From: Allosphingosinicella sp.
GTDB lineage: Bacteria; Pseudomonadota; Alphaproteobacteria; Sphingomonadales; Sphingomonadaceae
DNA: 43,158 bases
Direction of reading: 5' to 3'
Assembly (NCBI GenBank): GCA_036732645.1
Contig: DAINCA010000001.1
Span: forward strand, 1-43,158
In this document: one piece after another, positions 1 to 9,223 of the stretch
Layout of the letters: each line of letters opens with the position of its first letter
Position numbering within the stretch: position 1 is the stretch's first letter
Program-made: the position numbers and the translations under genes
Notes under the pieces: model-generated
Told to the model about the DNA's origin: nothing
Seen by the model: the letters and a program-made list of their open reading frames with translations, nothing else
Database searches by the model: none

Positions 1-531
1 CCGTCGGTCGACGTCATCACCGGCGTCATCAAGGCCAATCTGCCGACCCGGATCAGTTTCTCCGTGACCTCGAAGATCGACAGCCGGACGATCCTCGGCG
101 AACAGGGCGCAGAACAGCTGCTCGGCAAAGGCGACATGCTTTACATGCCGGGCGGCAAGCAGATCGCCCGGGTCCATGGGCCGTTCGTCAGCGACGAGGA
201 AGTGCGCGCGGTCGCCGATCACTGGAAATCGCAAGGGACCCCCGATTACGTGATGGCGGTGACCGAGGAGCCCGAGGACGGCGGCTATCTGTTCGAGGGC
301 CAGCCGGTCGGCGAGGACGACGCCGAAACCCAGTTGTTCCGAAAGGCGGTCCAGGTCGTGGCGGAGAGCCAGAAGGCTTCCACCTCCTACCTGCAGCGCC
401 AGCTTCGGGTCGGCTACAACAACGCGGCGCGCCTCATCGAACGGATGGAGAAAGAAGGGATCGTCAGCGGCCCCGACCATGTCGGCCGGCGCGAAGTCCT
501 GCTCGATCCGGAAGGCCGCCCGCTGGTCTGA
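1..531 (+). CDS. ftsK: DNA translocase FtsK, C-terminal part (5' truncated by the window)
   Basis: Frame is open from base 1: [44 protein letters not shown], and gamma domain [24 protein letters not shown]. Confidence 0.97.
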   Translation, partial: PSVDVITGVIKANLPTRISFSVTSKIDSRTILGEQGAEQLLGKGDMLYMPGGKQIARVHGPFVSDEEVRAVADHWKSQGTPDYVMAVTEEPEDGGYLFEGQPVGEDDAETQLFRKAVQVVAESQKASTSYLQRQLRVGYNNAARLIERMEKEGIVSGPDHVGRREVLLDPEGRPLV

Positions 532-568
532 GCGAAGGCTCTGAACCCAAAGCCGAGCCTGAACCTAG

Positions 569-597
569 GGAACCGCGAGGGTTAACGAGGCATTCAA
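569..597 (+). promoter_or_regulatory. Putative EcfG/SigT-type promoter overlapping a CtrA-like site upstream of lolA
   Basis: GGAAC(569-573)-N17-CATT(591-594); TTAA(582-585)-N7-TTCA(593-596). Confidence 0.4.
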
Positions 598-652
598 GCG
601 GCGAGCGCCATAGCGCGCACCAACCCTCAATCCAGTTACGGAGGAATTGATT

Positions 653-1282
653 ATGCGACTTCGCGCCCTCGCACTTGCGGCCGCCCCAATGGCGATCGCC
701 GCTGTCGTGGCGCCGGCCGCGGTCCACGCCCAGGCCGATGCCGGCCTCTCCCAGGTGCAGCAGCATCTTCGGGCCGTCAGCAGCATGACGGCGGCGTTCA
801 GCCAGACCGATCAGCGCGGCCGGACGCTCAACGGGACGCTCAGTCTGAAGCGGCCCGGCAAGATCCGCTTCGACTACGGACGAGCAGCCAACATGCTGGT
901 CGTCGGCGACGGCCGCGCGCTGACGTTCATCGATTATGACGTCCGCGACGTTCAGCGCTGGCCGATCAACGATTCGCCTTTGTCGGTGCTGCTTAACCCC
1001 GGCCAGGATCTCAGCCGCTTCTCGCGCGTGATCCGAAATGATCGCCAGGTGCTGATGATCGAGGCGCGCGACAATCGCCGCCGTGAATTCGGGACGATCC
1101 AGATCGCCTTCGCCAAGGTGCCCAGCGCCCCGGCGGGCCTGGTCCTGTCGGGCTGGAATACGCGTGACGCCCAGAACAACCGCACCTCGGTTCGCCTGTC
1201 CAACCAGCGCTTCAACGTTCCGGTCGCGGACAGTCTTTTCCGCTACACCGATCCTCGTCGCCGCGGACCGCGCGGGAGCTGA
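653..1282 (+). CDS. lolA: Outer-membrane lipoprotein carrier protein LolA
   Basis: Signal peptide, then FSQTD..G.L.LKRPGKIRFDY and VGDG motifs; GGAGG SD at 640-644; usual ftsK-lolA-xth order. Confidence 0.92.
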   Translation: MRLRALALAAAPMAIAAVVAPAAVHAQADAGLSQVQQHLRAVSSMTAAFSQTDQRGRTLNGTLSLKRPGKIRFDYGRAANMLVVGDGRALTFIDYDVRDVQRWPINDSPLSVLLNPGQDLSRFSRVIRNDRQVLMIEARDNRRREFGTIQIAFAKVPSAPAGLVLSGWNTRDAQNNRTSVRLSNQRFNVPVADSLFRYTDPRRRGPRGS

Positions 1283-1375
1283 TTTCCGCCGGAAAAGCCT
1301 CTTGCGAACCTGTCGCACCTGTTCATCGAGGCGACAGGTGTGGCGGCTTAGAACCGGGATGCAATTGGGCGGGGA

Positions 1376-1485
1376 GGTACCGGGTTTTCCCCCTGTTACC
1401 CGGACCAGAACCGAACAATTGACCTCGCGTGAAAACGCTTGGCGGGCCCTCGCTCCACGCCCCCGGAGCGGGGGTCCTTCCATAT
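1376..1485 (+). ncRNA. Candidate small RNA (CU-rich loop hairpin plus terminator-like hairpin)
   Basis: Stem CCGGGT/ACCCGG (1380-1403) with loop TTTCCCCCTGTT; 13-bp stem 1444-1456/1465-1477 followed by TTCCATAT; lies in a roughly 280-bp intergenic gap. Confidence 0.5.
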
Positions 1486-1563
1486 CCGCCTCATGTGGAC
1501 CTGCGCCGGAGCGCTCCGTCTCCGCCATTGCGGGCCATGGGCATAAACCCTAAGTCCCCCGCA

Positions 1564-2358
1564 ATGTCTTCATCGCTAAAAATCACCTCCTGGAACATCA
1601 ACAGCATCCGCGCGCGGCTCGACATCGTCGAGAAGTTCCTCGTCGAGGAATCGCCGGACATTCTTTGTCTGCAGGAAACGAAGGTACGGGATTCGGACTT
1701 TCCCGAAGGCCTGTTCCGGCGGCTCGGTTACAACCACATCATCATGTGCGGTCAGCAGATGCATCATGGCGTCGCCATCGTCAGCCGGGTGCCGATCCGC
1801 GAGGACGAGAGGTTCGATTGGCAGGCCAATGGCGAGGCCCGCCATGTCGGCGTTAGGCTGGACTGCGGGATCAGGCTGGAAAATGTCTATATTCCGGCCG
1901 GCGGCGAGCTTCCGGACCGCGACAAGAATCCGAAATTCGGCCAGAAGCTCGATTTCATCGACCGGATGGTCCGCTGGTCAGAGGCCTGTGGCTGCCCGAC
2001 CATCATCGTCGGCGACTTCAACGTAGCTCCCCTGGAATGCGACGTCTGGAACCACAAGCAGCTGATCAACGTCGTCAGTCATACGCCGATCGAGATCGAG
2101 GCCCTGTCCCGGCTCCAGCAGAGCAACGAATGGGTGGATCTTGGCCGCCGCTTCGTGCCGGCCCCCGAACGCCTGTTCACATGGTGGAGCTATCGCTCGC
2201 CCGACTGGACGAAGAATGATCGTGGCCGTCGCCTCGACCATATGTGGGCCACGAAGGATGTCGCCGCGCTCGCTACCGGTCACCAGGTGTTCGAGCCCTG
2301 CCGCAACTGGACTCGCCCGTCGGACCATGTTCCGCTGATGACGGAATTCGCGATTTGA
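1564..2358 (+). CDS. xth: Exodeoxyribonuclease III
   Basis: SWNINSIRAR, LCLQETK, GDFNVAP, RLDH and SDHVP motifs; ATG at 1564 is the homology-consistent start. Confidence 0.95.
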   Translation: MSSSLKITSWNINSIRARLDIVEKFLVEESPDILCLQETKVRDSDFPEGLFRRLGYNHIIMCGQQMHHGVAIVSRVPIREDERFDWQANGEARHVGVRLDCGIRLENVYIPAGGELPDRDKNPKFGQKLDFIDRMVRWSEACGCPTIIVGDFNVAPLECDVWNHKQLINVVSHTPIEIEALSRLQQSNEWVDLGRRFVPAPERLFTWWSYRSPDWTKNDRGRRLDHMWATKDVAALATGHQVFEPCRNWTRPSDHVPLMTEFAI

Positions 2359-3398
2359 GCGGCGCGCGGGACGTTGCCCGCGCGATCGACGCCCTCCGCC
2401 GCGGCTGGCCGGTGGCGGTGGACGACATCAGCTTCCTCGCGGTCGAGACCGCGGACGAGGAATCCCTCGCGGCCTTCGATTCCCAGCGACCGGCCGATCT
2501 CCTCATCTCCGGCCAGCGAGCGGTGACCCTGAAGCTCGCGAACCAGCTCGAAGCGGTGCCGACCGGTCCGGTCCGCATTCGCCGGGTCCCGTGGCTCGGC
2601 CTCGACGAGGCGACGGCGGTGGCCGATCCAGCGCTTGATCTCGCTTTCCCGCTCAAGGGTCCGTTCCAGACGCTCGCTAACGACCATCCCGAGCAAATGC
2701 AGGCAGCTCTCCGTCTGGCTCGGCTGGCCGGGCTTCTGCCGGCCTTGTTCGTGGAGGGCAAAGGGGTCGAAGCCCGCGTGGCCGCAAGCGACGTGACGGC
2801 TTTCGGCGCCGGAGTGGATCTACGGATCGTTTCCCGGGCAAGGCTTCCGAACCGCTTCTCCACCAAGGCCGAGATCGTCGCCTTCCGGGCCGACGGCGAC
2901 ACCGCCGAGCCGGTTGCGCTCCTGATTGGCGAGCCCGGCGACAGGCCGCCACTGGTTCGGGTGCACAGCGAATGCCTCACCGGCGATGCCCTGGGATCGC
3001 TGAAATGCGACTGCGGCCCGCAGCTGGAGGAGGCGCTCAGGGCGATTGCCGAGTCCGGCTGGGGGATCCTCCTTTACCTGCGTCAGGAGGGCCGCGGAAT
3101 CGGCCTCGTCAACAAGCTTCGGGCCTATGCGTTGCAGGACCAGGGCTTCGACACGGTCGACGCCAATCTCCGGCTGGGCTTTGCCGACGATGAGCGCGAT
3201 TTCGCGGTCGCGGCGGCGATGCTGGCCAAATTGTCCCGGCCAACGGTCCGGCTTCTCACCAACAACCCGAACAAGGTCGCTGCGCTCCGGGCGGCGGGCA
3301 TCGATGTCGCGGAACAGGTGCCCCTGAAGATCGAAGCCGGAGAGCATAATCGCCGCTATCTCGCCACGAAGCGCGATCGAAGCGGCCATCAGCTCTAG
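2355..3398 (+). CDS. ribA: GTP cyclohydrolase II with a degenerate N-terminal RibB-like domain
   Basis: VRVHSECLTGD..GSLKCDCG, QEGRGIGL, LLTNNP.K; TTG start overlaps the xth stop (TTGA). Confidence 0.93.
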   Translation: MSGARDVARAIDALRRGWPVAVDDISFLAVETADEESLAAFDSQRPADLLISGQRAVTLKLANQLEAVPTGPVRIRRVPWLGLDEATAVADPALDLAFPLKGPFQTLANDHPEQMQAALRLARLAGLLPALFVEGKGVEARVAASDVTAFGAGVDLRIVSRARLPNRFSTKAEIVAFRADGDTAEPVALLIGEPGDRPPLVRVHSECLTGDALGSLKCDCGPQLEEALRAIAESGWGILLYLRQEGRGIGLVNKLRAYALQDQGFDTVDANLRLGFADDERDFAVAAAMLAKLSRPTVRLLTNNPNKVAALRAAGIDVAEQVPLKIEAGEHNRRYLATKRDRSGHQL

Positions 3399-3413
3399 AG
3401 AGAATCTCTAGAG
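3393..3413. terminator. Inverted repeat at the convergent ribA/HAD junction
   Basis: CTCTAGAGA-GAA-TCTCTAGAG, a perfect 9-bp IR containing both TAG stop codons; no U-tract. Confidence 0.35.
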
Positions 3414-4070
3414 GATCAGGTCGGCGACTTCGTCGAAGCTGTGGGCGAGATGATGGACACCAAGCGCGCGCAGGCGTTGCGCGTGGCCCGGCATGCAGTG
3501 GCGTCCCGCACAAAGGCCGACGACCGTCGCCCCGGAGGCAACCGCGCCCTGAACGCCGACCGGCGAATCCTCGATGATGACGACGCGGCCGATGTCGACG
3601 CCCAGGGCATCCGCGGCATGCAGATAGAGATCCGGGGCCGGCTTGCCTCGGGCGACATGCTCACGGCCGCTATAGATGTGCCCGGCGAACTCCGAACGAA
3701 GCCCCAGATGATCGAGATGGCGCTCGATCCACTCGGTCGAACTCGAAGAGGCGATCGCCTTCGGCAATTCGGGAGGAAGTCGACAAATGAAGGCGATCGC
3801 GCCGGCAACGGCCTCCAACCCCTCGTCGAGCACCCGTTGGTCCTCCACCGCCCGGACGTCGTGAAAGTCTTCCGGCAGCGGCCGGCCGATCCAGTCTTCG
3901 ATTGCGGCGATGAAGTCACGGCCGGCCAGGCCCATGAAGTTGTTCATCGATTCCTCGACGCTGGTCGGGTGGCCCGCCGCTGTGAGATAATCGGCGATCT
4001 GCTTGTTGCCGACATATTCGCTCTCGATCAGCACCCCATCGAAGTCGAAGATGATGGCCGCGAATTTCAT
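3408..4070 (-). CDS. HAD-superfamily (IA) phosphatase
   Basis: FDFDGVL motif I, SSS motif II, GKPAPD and IEDS..G motifs. Confidence 0.92.
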   Translation of the reverse strand: MKFAAIIFDFDGVLIESEYVGNKQIADYLTAAGHPTSVEESMNNFMGLAGRDFIAAIEDWIGRPLPEDFHDVRAVEDQRVLDEGLEAVAGAIAFICRLPPELPKAIASSSSTEWIERHLDHLGLRSEFAGHIYSGREHVARGKPAPDLYLHAADALGVDIGRVVIIEDSPVGVQGAVASGATVVGLCAGRHCMPGHAQRLRALGVHHLAHSFDEVADLIL

Positions 4071-4729
4071 TCGCGCTCCCCGAACAAGGCGGATCCGACG
4101 CGAACGTGGGTCGCGCCGACCATCACCGCCGTTTCGAAATCGGCGGACATGCCCATCGACAAGGCCTTGACGTCATGGCGCCGGGCCAACTTGGCAAGCA
4201 AGGCGAAATAAGGCGCCGGCTCCACCTCCGCGGGGGGAATGCACATCAACCCGACGATCGGCAACGCAACGTCCTGGGCGGCCTCGAGCAAATCCGGAAG
4301 GTCGGCTACGGCGCAACCGCCTTTCTGTGGCTCGTCGCCGATATTGACCTGGAGGAAGCAATCGCGGCGGCGGCCGATGCGGTCCATCGCTCTGCCAAGT
4401 GCCGAAACCAGGCTCGGCCGGTCGACGGAATGGATGACGTCGAAAAGCGCGACGGCTTCTTCGGCCTTGTTCGACTGAAGCCGGCCGACGAGATGAAGCC
4501 GAAGGTCGCCGTGGAGCCCTCGGAGGGCCGGCCACTTCGCCGCGGCTTCCTGGACCCGATTCTCGCCGAAATGGCGCTGGCCGGCTTCGATCAAGGGCTC
4601 GATCGCCGAAACGGGCTGAGTCTTGGAAACGGCGATCAGGGTAACCTCGTCCGCGGACCGCCCGGCAAGCTTCGCGGCGCCGGCGATCGCGCCGCGAACC
4701 TGTTCAAGCCTTTCCAGTGAATCCGCCAT
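4067..4729 (-). CDS. yggS: PLP homeostasis protein YggS
   Basis: LIAVSKT, FGENRVQE, LQSNK, GLMCIPP, LSMGMSADF, VRVGSALFG. Confidence 0.96.
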   Translation of the reverse strand: MADSLERLEQVRGAIAGAAKLAGRSADEVTLIAVSKTQPVSAIEPLIEAGQRHFGENRVQEAAAKWPALRGLHGDLRLHLVGRLQSNKAEEAVALFDVIHSVDRPSLVSALGRAMDRIGRRRDCFLQVNIGDEPQKGGCAVADLPDLLEAAQDVALPIVGLMCIPPAEVEPAPYFALLAKLARRHDVKALSMGMSADFETAVMVGATHVRVGSALFGERE

Positions 4730-4751
4730 CGGGGCTGCTATAGGAAGCCGG

Positions 4752-5297
4752 ATGCCCGCTCGCCAGTCTCTGCCGCGCCAATGGCTGCTGACCGACGAAA
4801 GGCTCGGCGATCGGCTTTTTCCGGCCGTCGAGCGGCTTCCGGAGAGCGCAGGCGTAGTCTTTCGCCATTACAGCCTGCCCGAGCCCGAACGGCACAAGCT
4901 GTTCGACGCCGTTCGCGCTGTGGCGGAGGACCGTGACCTGCTCCTTTTGCTCGCGGGGAGCGCCGATGAGGCGAGGCACTGGGGCGCGGACGGGAGCCAC
5001 GGACGCGGCGCCGGCGTCGGCCTTCGAAGCGCACCGGTCCACGATTATCAGGAGTTGCGAGCCGCCGAACGCGCCGGAGCCGATTTCGTCTTCGTCTCGC
5101 CGGTATATGCCACCCGGAGCCATCCCAAGTCGGCGGGGATGGGCATCGCCCGCTTCGCCTGGCTTGCGCGACGAACCCAATTGCCGGTCATCGCCCTTGG
5201 CGGGATGAACCCGGCAAGGGGACGACGGCTTGCTTCTTTCGGGGCTTATGGGTGGGGGGCGATCGACGCCTGGGCAGGCGCGGAGGCCGAGAGCTAG
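4752..5297 (+). CDS. Thiamine phosphate synthase/TenI-like protein
   Basis: GADGSH, ADFVFVSPVYATRSHP and PVIALGGM motifs; ATG at 4752 avoids overlap with yggS. Confidence 0.8.
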   Translation: MPARQSLPRQWLLTDERLGDRLFPAVERLPESAGVVFRHYSLPEPERHKLFDAVRAVAEDRDLLLLLAGSADEARHWGADGSHGRGAGVGLRSAPVHDYQELRAAERAGADFVFVSPVYATRSHPKSAGMGIARFAWLARRTQLPVIALGGMNPARGRRLASFGAYGWGAIDAWAGAEAES

Positions 5298-5998
5298 AAG
5301 CGGAACGCCGTTCCGACATAGACCGCCTGGCTGTCGCGGCGCTCGTCGCGGGCGATCGGAGCAATCCGGTCTTCGGCGATCCGATAGCGAACGCCGCCGG
5401 TGACGTCGATATTTCGGGCGATCGAGAAGGCGCCGCCGACATCAAGGGAATAAGCCTGGTCGTCGGTGACGATCCGCTGAGCGCCCTCGGCGCGCTCCGC
5501 CGCGACTGCGACCCGGCCGGTCAGGCGGGAGTTGGCGCTATAGCTCATTCCGACCTGGGCCGATTCGCGAGTCCCGTTGATCAGGCCACCGTCGGCGCGG
5601 GCGACATCGCCCGACACGGCGAAACGCCGCCAGCCGACGGAGACGCCGAGATTGTACGAGCTCGGCATGATCGTCGCCGTCGGGGCGGTAGTGCCGGCGG
5701 TTCGGGTCGCCTGTGCCGGGGTGCGCGCGCGAATCGCTACCCGAACGGAGCGATTGCCTTCCGGCGACGCGGCGGCAGGCGTGAAGCTCACATTGTTGCC
5801 GCGGCGAGCCAAAGCCGCCGCGAGTCGGGGATCCGAAACAGCCGGAGTGAAGGCGCCGATCGATCGGCCATTAAGGGAGACAGAGGGACGCGACGATCTG
5901 TCGCGCTCTGCGGAAACGGCGAGAGCCGGCACGAGCAGAAGGGAGACCGCCGTCAACGACGCGCCCCCTGCCACTGCGATGGCCTTCAACCTTTTCAC
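5294..5998 (-). CDS. Exported, probable outer-membrane beta-barrel protein
   Basis: Signal peptide, alternating beta-strand pattern, C-terminal YVGTAFRF (BAM-type terminal Phe); AAGGGGAG SD 8 nt before the GTG. Confidence 0.8.
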   Translation of the reverse strand: MKRLKAIAVAGGASLTAVSLLLVPALAVSAERDRSSRPSVSLNGRSIGAFTPAVSDPRLAAALARRGNNVSFTPAAASPEGNRSVRVAIRARTPAQATRTAGTTAPTATIMPSSYNLGVSVGWRRFAVSGDVARADGGLINGTRESAQVGMSYSANSRLTGRVAVAAERAEGAQRIVTDDQAYSLDVGGAFSIARNIDVTGGVRYRIAEDRIAPIARDERRDSQAVYVGTAFRF

Positions 5999-6168
5999 CC
6001 GTGCGACTCCCCTTTGGAATCGGTACTTAGTGCGACTCGTCCGGCATTCCTATGGACAGGCGGCTGCACACATCCTGAATCGTTTCGCTCTGTTGCAACA
6101 TTCCCACAATCGAGCCAACCCGCGTGCGCAACGGTCTGCCGCCGGAGGAAGTTCCCGCGAGACACGGC

Positions 6169-6196
6169 TTGCCGCGTGCGCGGCGTTATCTATAAC
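6169..6196 (+). promoter_or_regulatory. Sigma70-type promoter of the DUF3576-leuS-lptE-holA cluster
   Basis: TTGCCG-N16-TATAAC. Confidence 0.55.
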
Positions 6197-6231
6197 GGCG
6201 GTCGAAACGACGTATCCAAGGAATTGCTTTG

Positions 6232-6705
6232 ATGGCTCGCATTGTGACCTTCGTACTGGCGGCTGGCTGCGCCTTCTCTCTCGCCGGATGCCAGGCCATC
6301 CGCGATGACGTCAATCGCACCCTTGGCAACGCCCCTGGCGACGATGTCCGCCGTGCCGACGTGGCCGCCAGCCAGGTCACGACGATCGGGGTGAACGCTT
6401 ATTTGTGGCGGGCGGCGCTCGACACATTGTCCTTCGCGCCACTGGCACAGACGGATTCCGCGGGCGGCGTGATCGTCACCGACTGGTATGCCAATCCGCA
6501 GAACCCGACCGAACGGGTCAAGGTCACCGCCGCGATCCTCGACGCCAGCCTGCGCGCCGATGCGCTCCGAGTCACAGCGGCGCGGGAAGTCCTCCAGAAC
6601 GGCCAGTGGCTGGCCGCGCCGGTGACCGCCGCCACCGTTCAGCGCCTCGAGGAAATCATCCTCACCCGCGCCCGGGACCTGAGACGCGCCGCCTCCGCCG
6701 GCTGA
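6232..6705 (+). CDS. DUF3576 family lipoprotein
   Basis: Lipobox [35 protein letters not shown]; conserved position upstream of leuS. Confidence 0.88.
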   Translation: MARIVTFVLAAGCAFSLAGCQAIRDDVNRTLGNAPGDDVRRADVAASQVTTIGVNAYLWRAALDTLSFAPLAQTDSAGGVIVTDWYANPQNPTERVKVTAAILDASLRADALRVTAAREVLQNGQWLAAPVTAATVQRLEEIILTRARDLRRAASAG

Positions 6706-6730
6706 ACCCTATCGAGGAATAGTCCCGGCG

Positions 6731-9223
6731 ATGGCATCGCGCTTCAATCCGCTCAGGGCCGATGCTCACTGGCAAAAAGTCTGGGAAGAGGCAGGAACGT
6801 TCCACGCCTCCGACGAGAGCAACCGGCCCAAGTCCTACGTGCTCGAGATGTTCCCTTATCCGTCGGGGCGCATCCACATGGGGCATGTCCGCAACTATAC
6901 GATGGGTGACGTGCTCGCCCGCTATCGGCGAATGAAAGGCTTCGAGGTGCTCCACCCGATGGGATGGGACGCCTTCGGAATGCCGGCCGAGAATGCGGCG
7001 ATGGAGAAGAACATCCATCCGGGCGAATGGACCTGGGCCAATATCGCCACCATGCGCGGCCAGCTCAAACGGCTCGGCTTCGCGCTCGACTGGAGCCGGG
7101 AGTTCGCCACCTGCGATCCGGAATATTACGGCCACGAACAGGCTTTGTTTCTAGACCTGTTCGAGGCCGGTCTGGTCTATCGCAAACAGAGCGAGGTGAA
7201 TTGGGATCCGGTCGACATGACGGTGCTTGCCAACGAGCAGGTGATCGATGGTCGCGGCTGGCGTTCCGGCGCTCTGGTCGAGCGGCGAAAGCTCAACCAG
7301 TGGTTCCTGAAGATCACGGATTTCGCCGAGGATCTCCTGGAGGGCCTGGGCGGTCTCGACAAATGGCCGGAAAAGGTTCGGCTGATGCAGGAGAACTGGA
7401 TCGGTCGAAGCCGCGGCATGCGCTTTCGATTCCGGATCGCCGAGCCGAAGGCGGCGATTGAAAGCTTCGAGGTCTTCACCACGCGTCCGGACACGATCTT
7501 CGGCGCCAGCTTTGCGGCGATTTCTCCTGATCATCCGATCGCCACGGCGATCGCCGAAAACGACGCGGCGGCGAGCGCGTTCATCGCCGAATGCAAACGC
7601 GGTGGCACTACCGCCGCCGAGCTCGAAACTCAGGAGAAAAAGGGTTTCGACACCGGCCTGGAGGTCGTTCATCCGCTCGACCCGGCCTGGCGCCTTCCAC
7701 TCTACATCGCGAACTTCGTGCTGATGGATTACGGCACCGGCGCGATCTTCGGCGTCCCGGGTCACGATCAGCGCGATTTCGAGTTCGCCACCAAATATGG
7801 ATTGCCGATCCAGCGCGTGGTCGCTTCATCGGCCGAGGACGCGAACAAGCCGATCGAGGGCGAAGCGGACAACGGGGACGGAATTCTCGTCAATTCGCGC
7901 TTCCTCGATGGCCTTGGTGTGGAGGAAGCCAAGGCCGCGGTGATCGGCCGCGCCGAAGCGGAGGGCTGGGGTGAAGGCACCACCGTCTGGAGGCTTCGCG
8001 ACTGGGGCGTTTCGCGCCAGCGTTACTGGGGCACGCCGATCCCGATCATCCATTGCGATCGCTGCGGTGCCGTCCCGGTGCCGAAAGACCATCTTCCGGT
8101 CGTTCTGCCCGAGGATGTCAGCTTCGAGGTCCCCGGCAACCCGCTCGAGCGCCACCCGAGCTGGAAGCATGTCGCCTGCCCGAAATGTGGCGGCGCTTCG
8201 CGGCGCGAGACCGACACGCTCGACACTTTCGTCAATTCTTCCTGGTATTTCATCCGCTTCGCGAGCCAGCCCGCAGATCGGCCGTTCGACAAGAAGGAAG
8301 CGGAAAGCTGGCTTCCGGTCGACCAGTATATTGGCGGAGTCGAGCATGCGATCCTTCACCTGCTCTACGCGCGCTTCTGGACCCGCGCGCTCCAGCGCCT
8401 CGGCCGGCTGGACGTCGCCGAACCCTTTGCCGGTCTGTTCACCCAGGGGATGGTGACCCACGTCACCTATCAGGATTCGGGCGGACGATGGCTGACGCCC
8501 GAGGAAGCGGAGGCGCATGACGGGCCGGTGACGAGCGGCCGGGTCGAGAAAATGTCCAAGTCGAAGAAGAATACGGTCGACCCCGAACCGATCGTCGACC
8601 AGTTCGGCGCCGACGCCGTCCGCTGGTTCATGCTTTCCGACAGCCCGCCGGAGCGGGACCTGGAATGGAGCGAGGAAGGGATCAACGGGGCGTGGCGCTT
8701 CATCCAGCGCCTATGGCGCCTGGCTTCGGAGCCCGCCTCGGGAAGCGGCGAGGATCCCGCCCTGAAGCGCAAGCTTCACCAGATGATTGCGTCGATCGGG
8801 AGCAATATCGAGACGCTCGCCTTCAACAAGGCGGTCGCCAACGTCTACGAACTCGCCAACGCGATCGAGAAATCAGAGCCTTCCGCCACGCGCGACGAAG
8901 CCGTCGAGACGCTGGCGCGGCTGGTCGCGCCAATGGTCCCGCACGTGGCCGAGGAAGCCTGGGCGGCAGCCGGCCGCCCCGGACTGATCGCCGATGCTGC
9001 CTGGCCTGAAGCCGATCAGGCGCTGCTGGTCGAGGAGGAAGTGACGATCGCGGTTCAGGTGAACGGCAAGCTGAGGGACACCCTCACCGCGCCGCGAGGC
9101 ACTGCCCGAGAGGCCCTCGAAGAAATGGCGCTCGCCTCGGAAAAGGTGACTCGCGCGCTTGAAGGCCGGCCGACCCGAAAGATCATCGTCGTTCCGGACC
9201 GGCTCGTGAACGTCGTCGGATGA
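6731..9223 (+). CDS. leuS: Leucine--tRNA ligase
   Basis: [13 protein letters not shown] (HIGH motif), [24 protein letters not shown]. Confidence 0.99.
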   Translation: MASRFNPLRADAHWQKVWEEAGTFHASDESNRPKSYVLEMFPYPSGRIHMGHVRNYTMGDVLARYRRMKGFEVLHPMGWDAFGMPAENAAMEKNIHPGEWTWANIATMRGQLKRLGFALDWSREFATCDPEYYGHEQALFLDLFEAGLVYRKQSEVNWDPVDMTVLANEQVIDGRGWRSGALVERRKLNQWFLKITDFAEDLLEGLGGLDKWPEKVRLMQENWIGRSRGMRFRFRIAEPKAAIESFEVFTTRPDTIFGASFAAISPDHPIATAIAENDAAASAFIAECKRGGTTAAELETQEKKGFDTGLEVVHPLDPAWRLPLYIANFVLMDYGTGAIFGVPGHDQRDFEFATKYGLPIQRVVASSAEDANKPIEGEADNGDGILVNSRFLDGLGVEEAKAAVIGRAEAEGWGEGTTVWRLRDWGVSRQRYWGTPIPIIHCDRCGAVPVPKDHLPVVLPEDVSFEVPGNPLERHPSWKHVACPKCGGASRRETDTLDTFVNSSWYFIRFASQPADRPFDKKEAESWLPVDQYIGGVEHAILHLLYARFWTRALQRLGRLDVAEPFAGLFTQGMVTHVTYQDSGGRWLTPEEAEAHDGPVTSGRVEKMSKSKKNTVDPEPIVDQFGADAVRWFMLSDSPPERDLEWSEEGINGAWRFIQRLWRLASEPASGSGEDPALKRKLHQMIASIGSNIETLAFNKAVANVYELANAIEKSEPSATRDEAVETLARLVAPMVPHVAEEAWAAAGRPGLIADAAWPEADQALLVEEEVTIAVQVNGKLRDTLTAPRGTAREALEEMALASEKVTRALEGRPTRKIIVVPDRLVNVVG

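Noticed and set aside
543..573. Repeated GAAC after ftsK as an SOS box
   Set aside because: Spacings of 14 and 5 nt do not fit GAAC-N7-GAAC.
464..1528. 354-aa ORF on the minus strand
   Set aside because: Antisense shadow of lolA and ftsK with no recognisable motifs; expected at this GC content.
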